Shown piece after piece: positions 49,630-61,127 of a stretch of DNA of 64,000 nt. Location: NCBI GenBank assembly GCA_038087875.1, contig CM075988.1, forward strand, positions 3,720,001-3,784,000, in the 5' to 3' direction. The stretch comes from Malacoraja senta. Its lineage: Eukaryota. How positions within the stretch are numbered: position 1 is the first letter of the stretch; each line of letters opens with the position of its first letter. A program made the translations under genes and the position numbers. The notes beneath the pieces are model-generated. The model was not told the DNA's origin and did no database searches. It saw nothing but the letters and a program-made list of their open reading frames with translations.

Positions 49630-52600
49630 GGTGAAGGAGTCAGTACGGGGATTGGCTGAGAAGGGGAGCAGGCTGTCGGGGAGCGGCCTTGTCGAGGGAA
49701 GGGCCATGTGGGAAAAGTGCGAGTCTTTGGCTCGAGAGTCTTCGGCGAGGAGGCTGAGGGAGAAGACTACGGCAAACGTTGGAGAGGGTGAGACGAAGCG
49801 AAGATATGACGGGTAAGCTGATGCAGTGTGAGGCTTGCAGGATGTGGGAGGTCAGGGACACTGATGGTGCCTCTGGCTGCTACAACTGGGTAAGTGTGTC
49901 CAGGTTCAGCTCCTGAAGGACCGTGTTAGGGCACTGGAGAAGCAATTGGATGACCTCAGGATCATCCGGGAAAAGGAGAGTTTCCTGGACAGGACCTACA
50001 GCGAGATTGTCACACCGAAGATACCGGAAGAGAGAGGGTGGGTGACGATGAGGAAGGGAACGATGCTTGGAGTACAGGAGACCCCAGGGGATGTGCCTCT
50101 TGAAAACAGGTTCTCCCTCTTGGAAGCTGTCGGGACAGAAGACACTGCCAGTCTGAGCAAGGGACTGTGGCGAATCAAAATGTGGCGCTGAAGCAAAGCC
50201 GAAGAGACAGACGTCAGGCAGAGCCCTGGTGGTCGGGGACTCCATCGTGAGAGATACAGACAGGGGTTTCTGCGGCAACAGGCGGGATTCAAGGATGGTG
50301 TGTTGCCTCCCAGGTGCCAGGATCCAGGACGTCACGGATCGATTACAAGGCATCCTCAAGGGTGAAGGAGAGGAGCCGGAAGTGGTAGTGCATGTCGGCA
50401 CAAATGACAAAAGAGAGTATAGGAAAAGTTAAGAAAGACACTAGAATTAACTGGGCAGAAAGTTCACGAAGGGATAGGAGAGTATGGCCAATAGGAATCG
50501 ATGTGAAAGGTGAGGTGAGTAATGGATTAAAAGTATTATATATGAATGCGCAAAGTATATGAAGTAAAGTGGATGAGCTTGAGGCTCAGAGATTGGCAGA
50601 TATGACATTGTGGGGATTACTGAGACATGGCTGCAGGAGGATTGTGACTGGGAACTGAATCTTCAGGGTTATATGTCCTGTAGAAAGGACAGGCAGGTGG
50701 GCAGAGGAGCGGGGTAGCTCTGTTGGTGAGGGACGAATTTCAGTCCCTTGCGAGGGGTGACGTAGGGACTGATGATGTAGAGTCGCTGTGGATAGAATTG
50801 AGGAATTGTAAAGGTAAGAAGACACTAATGGGAGTTATCCACAGGCCCCCAAACAGTAGCCTGGATATAGGGTGCAAGTTGCAGCTTGAGTTAAAATTGG
50901 CATGTAACAAAGGTAATGCCACTGTGGTTATGGGAGATTTCAATATGCAGGTAGACTGGGAAAATCAGGTTGGTACTGGACCCCAAGAAAGGGAGTTTGT
51001 AGAGTGCCTCTGAGATGGATTCTTAGAGCAGCTTGTACTGGAGCCTACCAGAAATAAGTTGAATTCTGGATTTAGTGTTGTCTAATGAACCAGATTTAAT
51101 AAGGAAACTCAAAGTAAAGGAACCGCTAGGAGGTAGTGACCATAATATGATAAGTTTTTATCTGCAATTTGAGAGGGAGAAGGTTAAATCAGAAGTGTCA
51201 GTGTTGCAGTTGAACAAAGGGGACTATGAAGGCATGAGAGAGGAGCTGGCCAAGGTAGACTGGAAAAGAGTAGCGGGAAGCCAGAGGATTGGGAAACTTT
51301 CAAAGGACAACAGAAGGTAACAAAAAGGGCAATACGGGGTGAAAAGATGAAGTAAGCTGGCCAAGAATTTAAAGAAGGATAGTAAAAGCCTCTTTAGGTA
51401 TGTTAAGAGAAAAAGATTAGTAAAGACAAATGTGGGTTCCGTGAAGGCAGAAACAAGTGAAATTATTATGGGGAACAAGGAAATGGCAGAAGAGTTGAAC
51501 AGGTACTTTGGTTCTGTCTTCACTAAGGAAGACACAAACAATCTCCCAGGTACTAGAGGACTGAGGATCTAGGGATACAGAGGAACTGAAATTAATTTGC
51601 ATTAGGTGAGAAATAGTATTGAGTAGACTGATGGGATTGAAGGCTGATAAATCCCCAGGGCCTGGTGGTCTGCAACCCAGGGTACTCAAGGAGGTGGCTT
51701 TAGAAATTGTGGGTGCATTGGTGATCATTTTCCAATGTTCTATAGATTCAGGATCAGTTCCTGTGGATTGGAAGGTAGCTAATCTTATCCCACTTTTCAA
51801 GAAAGGAGCAAGAGAGACAACAGGGAATTATAGACCAGTTAGCCTGACATCGGTGGTGGGGAAGATCCTGGAGTCAATTATTAAAGAAGTAATCACGGCA
51901 CATTTGAATAGCAGTAAAAGGATTGGTCCGAGTCAGCGTGGATTTGTGACTAATCTTGACTAATCTTCTGGAATTTTTTGAGGATGTGACAAGTAAAACG
52001 GCTGAAGGAGAGCCAGTGGATGTAGTGTATCTAGACTTTCATGAAGCCTTTGATAAGGTCCCACAGGAGATTAGTGGGCAAAATTAGTGCACATGGTATT
52101 GGGGGTAGGGTGACATGGATAAATAATTGTTTAAGAAAGAACTGCAGTTGCTGGAAAAATCGAAGGTAGACAAAAAGCTGGAGAAACTCAGCGGCTTAGG
52201 CAGCATCTATGGAGCGGAGGAATCATTTGCTCCATAGATGCTGCCGCACCCGCTGAGTTTCTCCAGCTTTTTGTCTACCTTGGATAGAGAATTGGTTGGG
52301 AGACGGGAAACAGAGTAGGAATAAACGGGTCCCTGTCAGAATGACAGGCAGTGACGAGTGGAGTGCCGCAAGGCTCGGTCCTGGGGCCACAACTGTTTAC
52401 AATATATATTGATGATTTAGATGATGGAATTAAATGTAACACTAGCAAATTTGCAGATAACGCAAAGCTGGGTGGCAGTGTGAACTTGCGAAGAGGATGC
52501 TAGGAGGTTGCAGGGTGACTTGGACAGGTTGAGTGAGTGGGCAGATTCATGGCAGATGCAGTATAATGTACATAAATGTGAGGTTATCCACTTTGGCTGC

Positions 52601-53376
52601 AAGAACAAGGAGGCAGATTATTATCTCAATTATGTCAGATTAGGAAAAAAGGAAGTGCAACAAGACCTGGGTGTCCTTGTACATCAGTCACTGAAAGTAA
52701 ACATGCAGGTACAGCAGGCAGTGAAGAAAGCTAATGGCATGTTGGCCTTCATAATGAGAGGATTTGAGTATAGGAGTAAAGAGGTCGTTCTGCAGTTGTA
52801 TAGGGCCCTGGTGAGACCACATCTGGAGTATTGTGTGCAGTTTTGGTCTCCTAATTTGAGGAAGGGCATCCTTGCTATTGAGCCAATGCAGCGTAGGTTC
52901 ACAAGGTGGGATGGTGGGACTGTCATATGAGGAACGATTGGAAAGACTGGGCTTGTATTCACTGGAATTGAGAAAGATGAAAGGGGATCTTATAAAAACA
53001 TATACAATTATAAAAGGACTGGACAAGCTAAATGCACGAAAAATGTTCCCAATTTTGGGGGAGTCCAGAACCAGGGGCCACAGTCCAAGAATAAAGGGGA
53101 GGCCATTTAAGACTGAGATGAGAAAAAAACGTTTTCACCAGAGAGTTGTGAATTTGTGGAATTCTCTGCCATGGAAGGCAGTGGAGGCCAATTCAGTGGA
53201 TGAATTTAAAAGAGAGTTAGATAGAGCTCGAGGATCTAGCAAAATCAAGGGATATGGGGAGAAGGCAGGCATGGGTTATTGATTGTGGATGGTCAGCCAT
53301 GATCACAATGAATGACGGTGCTGGCTCGAAGGGCCAAATAGCCTCCTCCTGCACCTATTTTCTATGTTTCTATGTC
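49630..53376 (+). mobile_element. Near-full-length CR1 LINE (disrupted): ORF1 zinc-finger/coiled-coil + SGNH esterase, ORF2 APE endonuclease + RT
   Basis: ORF1: QCEACRMWEV...KCVQVQLLKDRVRALEKQLDDL; VGDSIVRDTDRGFC...VCCLPGA...VVVHVGTND. ORF2: [70 protein letters not shown]. Tail (ttctatgt)2. Frameshifts, stops and deletions present. Confidence 0.92.
52130..52280. mobile_element. Palindromic Penelope-derived insert within CR1 ORF2
   Basis: aggtagacaaaaagctggagaaactcagcgg...ccgctgagtttctccagctttttgtctacct; imperfect duplication tggata(a/g)a(t/g)aattg on both sides. Confidence 0.75.
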
Positions 53377-54349
53377 TCAGGGAGAACGTGCAGACTCCAC
53401 ACGGACAGCACTGGAGGTCAGGATTGAACCCCTGGTCTCCGGTGCTGTGAGACAATGGCTCTACCAGCTGCACCACTGTCTGTCCCTTTAGAGAGATACA
53501 GGACGGAACTACTCATGACCAGCACCCACCCATTAACACCAATCTAACGTTAATCCGAAAATGTTTCCCTCTAATTAAACTTTGTGACGTTTTGAATTCC
53601 TGCCTGTGCCCTTGATCTGCAGCTTAAGAGGCTGAGAGGTAAAGGCTGAGTTTTCAACGTTCTTTTATTCTGATGTGGGAGCTAATGCAGCTTAGTGTGG
53701 TTATTTACGATGCTTTCTAAAGTGACGAGCACAATGATGGTTCAAAACGTTGCTGGTTTTGTCCGTGCAACCAGACAGTTGCCTGGAGCTGGGCAAGCCG
53801 CTGAATTTCTCTTTCACAGAATTGGCAGCTTCTTAACTAAGCTGTTGCTACTTTGGGAACCCACCTTTCAAGAGTCAGGGACACCAGACAAACTGCATTG
53901 TCACAGATTGTGAGGCATTACTTGTGGAAACTACGACCCCTTGCACTATTCCTAATGGGAGGTGTTCTTCTTCCAGAAAGCCATGGTCGCTGCTGGCTGT
54001 AGTGAGTGTAGGAGTGAGGGAGGAGGGAGTAGGGAACAGGAGGAGTGGATCTCCCCTCTGTGATAATGTCAATCACCAACAGAGCAAGATTAACTCAGCG
54101 GGTCAGGCAGCATCTCTGGACGGAAGGAATAGGTAACCTTTCGGGTCGAGATCCTTCTTCAGAAATGTCATCTATTTGAGTCTGAAGAAGGGTCTTGACC
54201 CGAAATGTCACCCATTCCTTCTCTCTCGAGCTTCTGCCTGTCCGGCTGAATTACTCCTGATTTTTGTGTCTATCTTCCGTTTACACCACCAACTGCAGTT
54301 CCTTCCTACACAGAGCAAGATTATTTGGCTAACTCAGAAAAGGGAAAAT

Positions 54350-54648
54350 GTTAGTTTCCAGTTTAGTTTTGAGGTACAGCGTGGAAACTGGCCCTTCAAT
54401 CCACCGAGTCGGCAATGACCAGCGATCACACCATACACTAGCACTATCCTACACACACTGGGGGAAATTTACAATCTTTACCAAAGCAAATTAATCAACA
54501 AACCTGTAGGTCTTTGGACTGTGGGAGGAAACCAGAGCAGCCGGAGAAAACTCACGTGGTCACAGGGAGAACGTACAGACATGACCTGTAGTCAGGATCT
54601 CTGGCGCTGCAAGGCAGCAACTCTACCGCTGCGCCATCGTGCCGCCCA
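54350..54648 (-). mobile_element. V-SINE
   Basis: Consensus motifs, reverse complement. Confidence 0.8.
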
Positions 54649-55454
54649 TTTGTGATCCTTCATCTCTCTGCTATTAACTTGGCCATCCCACAAGTCAGAC
54701 TGAGCAAAGGAACACAGAAGGCAAACAATATCCAAGAGATTTGCTTTTCTTTCCGTTCTCGATACTTGGCTGTAATTAGATTTGTTATCTGCCAGAGATT
54801 ATCACTTCTTTCAACACTCACCCCTCCAAATACCTGCTTCACTGCGTTTAGTGGCGGCCACTTTCCCTTCACCCCAATGCTTTTTCTATTCTAATGTAAT
54901 AACAAGGAACCACAGAAGCTGGTTTATACCAAAGATAGATACAAAATGCTGGAGTAACTCAACGGGTCAGGCAGTAACTCTGGAGGAAATGGACAAGTGA
55001 TGTTTCGGGTCGGGACCCTTCTTCAGAACCGGTGCTCTGTCTTAATCTGTTCTAACCCCTTTAATATTGTTCACATCGTCTACTCTCCATTGAGGCTATC
55101 CAATTATCGGCTGACTTTTTGACCTTCTTTGACCTCTGTGCTCCCATCTCAATACAATGCCTTGGTTACTATATCGTTATACGCTCAATACCACCCATGT
55201 CTCTTGCAAACCTACCCAACCGAGCACCTCTTTGCTTTGCTTATGCTTACATTCTAGACTTCCTACACCCTTCTGTCTCAAATGGAATGAATGCACCTTT
55301 CCTCTTGTTAACATTGCCTTTGAGAACTTTCCCAGTGGGAATTTCCTTCTGCCTCTTTGTGTAGAAAGGAACTGCAGATGCTGGTAGATACCGAAGGCAG
55401 TCACAAAGTGCTGGAGTAACTCAACGGGTCAGGCAGCATCCCTTAAGAAAAAAG

Positions 55455-55790
55455 ATGGGAGGAATAGATTGGGTAGATGCACAGAATCTCTTGCCCAGAG
55501 TTGGGGAATCGAGGTTCAAGGTGAAGGGGAAAAGATTTAATAGGAATCTGAGGCATAACATTTTCACACAAACGATGGTGGGTGTATGGAACAAGCTGCC
55601 AGAGGAGGTAGTTGAGGCTGGGACTATCCCAATGTTTAAGAAACAGTTAGGCAGATAAATGGATAGGACAATTTTATAGGGATATGGACCAAATGCAGGC
55701 AGGTGGGACTAGTGTAGCTGGGACATGTTGGCCGGTGTGGGCAAGTTGGGCCGAAGGGCCTGTTTCCACACTGATTCACTCTATGACTAT
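55455..55790 (+). mobile_element. CR1 3' fragment
   Basis: FTQTMVGVWNKLPEEVVEAG; tail gggccgaagggcctgtttcc shared with the SINEs. Confidence 0.8.
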
Positions 55791-56052
55791 GTGTGATGTT
55801 TCGGTTGGGACCCTTCTTAAGTGCTGGGTCTAACTTGGATGGTGTGAATTTACTTTAACCCTGAAACATTGTGGGTTTAAATGCTGTGAGTGGCTGTAAT
55901 GAAGGCTAATACTCTAGTGCAGGACATGATATTTCTACACCCCTTGGATGTGGCGATAGACCGACTCCCTCTCTACCTATTTTATGAACATTAAAGATTA
56001 TTTAAAGAGTAAGGATAATCGATGCTTGAGCCAAGCTTCATTTCTCACCACT

Positions 56053-57270
56053 GGTGCGGCACAGTAGTGCAGCAGGTAGAACTGCTGCCTCACAGCACCA
56101 GAGATCCGGGTTCGATCCTGACCTCGGGTGCTGTCTGCGTGGAGTTTGCACATTGTCCCTAAGGCCGTGTGAGTTTCCCCCAGGTGCTCCGGTTTCTTCC
56201 CACATCCTAAAGATGTGCGGGATTGTAGGTTGACTGGGCCCTGTTAAATTGTCCCTGATGTAGGGGCGAGTGGAATCAAGGGATATGGGGAGAAGGCAGG
56301 CATGGGTTATTGATTGGGGACGGTCAGCCATAATCACAATAAATGCCGGTGCTGGCTCGAAGGGCCGAATGGCCTCCTCCTGCACCTATTTTCTATGTAT
56401 ACGGAGTAGATGGGAAGGTGGGATAACAGAGAAACAGGGAATTTGTGTGACTGGGTGATCGATGGTCGGCGTGGATTCGGCAGGCCGAAGGTCCTGTTTC
56501 CATGCTGGAGGGCCAAATGGCCTGCTCCTTACCTATTTTCTATATTTCTATGTTTCTATCACCTTTAGGCGGCACGGCGTCGCAGCGGGTCGAGCTGCTG
56601 CCTTACAGCACCAGAGATCCCGGTCCAATCACTAGTCATTCATCTCCAGGGATGATGCCTGACCTGTTGAGTTACTCCAGCACTTTGCGCCTTTCCAAGT
56701 TTGGGTGCTCTGGTTTCCTCCCCCAATCCACACGTGTGTTTGTGGGCTGTAGAATTGATGTGAGTGTGGGTGGAACAGATTACAGGATTACAGGAAGAAT
56801 AGGATTGTGCAGTAAACCAGCATAGATGTGTACGAGAATGATCCCGGGAATGAGTGGGTTAACATATGATGAGCGGTTGACGACACTGGACCTGTACTCG
56901 CTGGAGTTTAGAAGGATGAGGGGACACCTCATTGAAACTGATTGAATAGTGAAGGGCCTGGATAGAGTGGATGTGCAGAGGATGTTTCCAATCGTGGGAG
57001 AGCCTAGGACCTAAGGCCACAGCCTCATAATTAAAGGACGTACCTTTAGAAAGGAGATGAGGGGGAAGTTATGGGGCGAAGACAGGAGAATGGGGTTGAG
57101 AGGGTAGGATAGATCAGCCATGTGTAGGGAGGAACTGCAGAGGATGGTTTAAACTGAAGAATGACTCAAAATGCTGGAGTAACTCAGCGGGACAGGCAGC
57201 ATCTCTGCAGAGAATGGCGGAGTGGACTTGATGGGCCGAATGGCCTAATTGTGCTCTTATTACATGAACA
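56053..57270 (+). mobile_element. Cluster of V-SINE, CR1 and Penelope-derived fragments
   Basis: SINE heads at 56053 and 56568; CR1 pieces at 56262-56398 and 56825-57120. Confidence 0.7.
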
Positions 57271-58167
57271 TGTGGTGGGCCAAATGGCCTCCTCTCTGTT
57301 GTAAGGGAATATGGGGGAAAATGAGCTTGTATTGATTTACGTAATGAAGTGTACAATCCCTCGCAGTTTCTTGCTATTTCCCTTCAACTGTATTTATTTT
57401 TCTGCAGCAGCTATTTATCTCATTAACATTTCCAAGTTATTGTTGAATTTGGCAATACATTCAGCACTGTCTGCCCTTGAAACTGCAGATTAGTCAGCAA
57501 ACTGTCAGAAGTAATGGAATGCTTACCAACGGAGAAAATAGAAAAACAACAAGAAATCCAGAGGCTTCTATTGAATTGCACAGATTTCAAAGTTTGTCTA
57601 AGGCCAGATTGCTCCTCGGCTTCGAGACAAAAATGAGAAAGTAAGTTAAAAAGCCGACTATGGCAGAGGGTGAAAGGTGTTCCTCACATAGTCTAGTTAG
57701 ATAGAGCTCTAGGGGCTAGTGGAATCAAGGGATATATGGAGAAGGCAGGCACGGGTTATTGATAGGGGACGATCAGCCATGATCACAATGAATGGCGGTG
57801 CTGGCTCAAAGGGCTGAATGGCCTCCTCCTGCACCTATTAAAGTTATATTAACAAATTCCGAATTATAAATTTGTGGGTGATGTTAATTCAGTTTAGTTT
57901 ATTGTCACATGTACCGAGGTACAGTGAAAAGCTTTTATTGCATGTTATGCAGTCAGCACTTGATTCATGCATGAAATTCATACAAAATAGCACCGAAACC
58001 ATGGCAACTTGTGTGCTGTCTCTGTGTAATCTACCATTCCTACACTCTTGTACTTAAGTATGATTGTGCTTACGTATATTAAGATTTTCACTGAACCGTA
58101 TGCAAAAAAAGTAATTTACTGAACCCAGGTACATGTGACAATAGTCATGTACAAGGCCCATTGAACC

Positions 58168-58482
58168 AGGGCAGCATGGTGGCGCAGCGGTAGAGTTGCT
58201 GCCTTAGATTGCCATGGACCCGGGTTCGATCCTGACTACTGGTGTTGTCTGAACGGAGTTTCTACATTCTCCCTGTGACCACGTGGGTTTTGTCCGGGTG
58301 CTCCGGTTTCATCCCACACTCCAATGACTTGCAGGTTTGTAGGTTAAGTGGCTTCGGTAAGATGGTAAATTGTCCCTAGTGTGTAGGATAGTGTTCGTGC
58401 ACAAGTGATCACTGGTAGGCACGGACTCAGCAGGCCGAAGGGCCTGTATCGGCGTTGTATCTCAAAAGGCCAAGTCTAAAGT
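58168..58482 (+). mobile_element. V-SINE
   Basis: Consensus motifs. Confidence 0.85.
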
Positions 58483-59279
58483 CATTAAATTGAGGTTGGT
58501 ATTGTGGTCAATATTGAGTGGAATCTCAAGCAAATACATTGGGGTCATTAAGAAGCTTGCAGATTGGGTCTATCATCAGTACTTTAATTTTATCACAAAT
58601 CAGTGTTTATGTTTTATTGAGAAAAGGTCAGAAATTATTTAACAATTGAGGATCTGTATGGGGTGCACGAATAAGTGATCTCAGAGTACAAATGCACAAA
58701 TCACTAAAAGCTGCATACTAGATGAATGAGGCTGTAAATTTAATCATCAATATGCAGCAGGAACAGAGATAAAGATTCCTATTGCGGAAAAACCATAACT
58801 GGAGGCCCGGAGCAAGGGATTGTCACCAAGAAATAGGCAGGGAACTCACAGGTGCTGACAACGTGGAACTCAGGATTGAGCAAAAATTGTTCTGAGGGAG
58901 AAGAAAATGGAAGATAGACACAAAACGCTGGAGTAACTCAATGGGACAGGCAGCATCCCTGGAGGGAAGGAATGGGGGACGGTTAGGGTCGAGGCCCTTT
59001 TTCAGATTGAAGTCTGAAGTTGGGACTCGAGTCGAAATGACACCTATTCCTTTTCTCCAGAGATGCTGTGTGACCCGCTGAGTTACTCCATCATTTTGTG
59101 TCTATCTTCGGTTAAAGCAGCATCTGCAGTTCCTTCCTTACACAAGAAGAAAATGGAGTTAGCGTTAGATAAACAAAGACAGTGTACAAAACATGATTTT
59201 AGTGTGCAGTCATGAGAAGAATAGATTGGGTGAACACACAAAGTCTCTTGCCCAGAGTAGGGGAATCGAGACCAGACGA

Positions 59280-60452
59280 CATAGAAACATAGAAAATAGG
59301 TGCAGGAGGAGGCCATGCAGCCCTTCAAGCCAGTACTGCCATTCATTATGATCATGGCTGATCGTCCTCAATCAATAACCCGTGCCTGCCTTCTCCCCAT
59401 ATCCCTTGATTCCACTAGCCCCTAGAGCTCTATCTAACTCTGTCTTAAATCCATCCAGTGATTTGGCCTCCACTGCCCTCTGTGGCAGGGAATTCCACAA
59501 ATTCACAACTCGCTGGGTGAAAACGTTTTTTCTCACCTCAGTCTTAAATGGCCTCCCTTTTATTCTAAGCTTGTGGACCCTGGTTCTGGACTCGCCCAAC
59601 ATTGGGAACATTTTTCCTGCATCTCGCTTGTCCAGTCCTTTTATAATTTTATATGTTTCTACAAGATCCCCCCTCATCCTTCTAAACTCCAGTGAATGCA
59701 AGCCTAGTCTTTTCAATCTTTCCTCATTAGACAGTCCCGCCATCCCAGGGATCAATCTCGTGAACCTACGCTGCACTGCCTCAATCACAAGGATGTCCCT
59801 CCTCAAATTAGACCAAAACTGTACAATACTCCAGATGTGGTCTTACCAGAGCCCTATACAACTGCAGAAGAACCTCTTTACTCCTATACTGAAATCCTCT
59901 TGTTATGAAGACCAACATTCCATTAGCTTTCATCACAGCCCGCTGTACCTGCACGCCAACTTTCAGTGACCGGTGTACAAGGACACCCAGCTCTCGCTGT
60001 ACCACCCCCTTGCCTAACCTAACCAAATTTGGGATGATAATCTGCCCCCTTGTTTTTGCCACCAAAGTGGATAACCTCACATTTATTTATATTTTACTGG
60101 ATCTGCCATGCATCTGCCCACTCACTCAACCTATCCAGGTCACCCTGCAACCTCCTAACATCCTTCACAGTTCATACTGCCACCCAGCTTTGTGTCATCC
60201 GCAAACTTGCTAGTGTTGCTCCTAATTCCCTCTTCCAAATCATTAATATATATGGTAAACAGTTGCGGCCCCAACACCGAGCCTTGCGGCACTCCACTCG
60301 CCACTGCCTGCCATTCTGAAAAGGACCCGTTCACTCCTACTCTTTGCTTCCGGTCTGCCAACCAATTTTCTATCTATGTCAACACCCTACCCCCAATACC
60401 ATGTGCTCTAATTTTAGTCACGAATCTCCCGTGCGGGGCCTTATCAAAGGCT
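59280..60452 (-). mobile_element. CR1 LINE RT/3' fragment
   Basis: [21 protein letters not shown]...[38 protein letters not shown]; (catagaaa) tail. Confidence 0.9.
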
Positions 60453-60901
60453 TGAGGTGAGGGGAGATAGATTTAATAGGAACCTTATTACGTGTCAGCA
60501 TCTGGCAAAGATGAGACAGACGGGTGTTGGGACTTTGTGAGTGTTTGGGGAGAACTAAATGTGTACAAAACATTGTTTTCAGATTTTCTCAAGGGCTGAA
60601 TCTACCACAGGTTGAGTTGGAAGCACTGCATTGTGGCAGCAGTTCAGAACTCTGATTGCAGTTGGAGCGCACGTCAACCTTGTAATGTCAGCCCAAAAAG
60701 CGTATCTAAAGAGCGCAGCAAAATAGTCCTGGCAGAGTTGAAAGCCATGGAGACGATGCAGAGGTCGTAAGAGCCATAGCACGGAAACAGGCCTTTCAGC
60801 CCAATTTGTGTATGCCAACCAAGGTGCCCACTGAGTTGGCTGTAAATTTATTTAGGTAAACAATTACCCCGGGTAACAATGACCTCGGCCCTCAATTATT
60901 T

Positions 60902-61127
60902 AGGGCGGCACGGTGACGCAGCGTTAGCGTTGCTGCCCCACAGCGCCAGAGACCTGGGTTCGATCTTGACTATGGGTGCTTGTCTGTACGGAGTTTGTAC
61001 GTTCTCCCCGTGACCAACGTGGGTTTTCTCCAGGATCTCCGGTTTCCTCCCACACTCCGAAGACGTACAAGTTTGTAGGTTAATCGGCTTGGTATAAATG
61101 TAAATTGTCCCTAGTGGGTGAAGTATA
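60902..61127 (+). mobile_element. V-SINE, split by the L2 insertion (resumes at about 63793)
   Basis: ...ttgtccctagtgggtgaagtata|L2|aagtatagtgttag... Confidence 0.8.

Noticed and set aside
57527..57600. Minus-strand LKSVQFNRSLWISCCFSIFSV|gtaagc, faintly like a KIRREL3 signal-peptide exon
   Set aside because: No in-frame ATG before an upstream stop, and the intervening Ig1 exons were not found between it and 1155.
59382..59969. 195-aa plus-strand ORF
   Set aside because: Antisense shadow of the CR1 ORF2.
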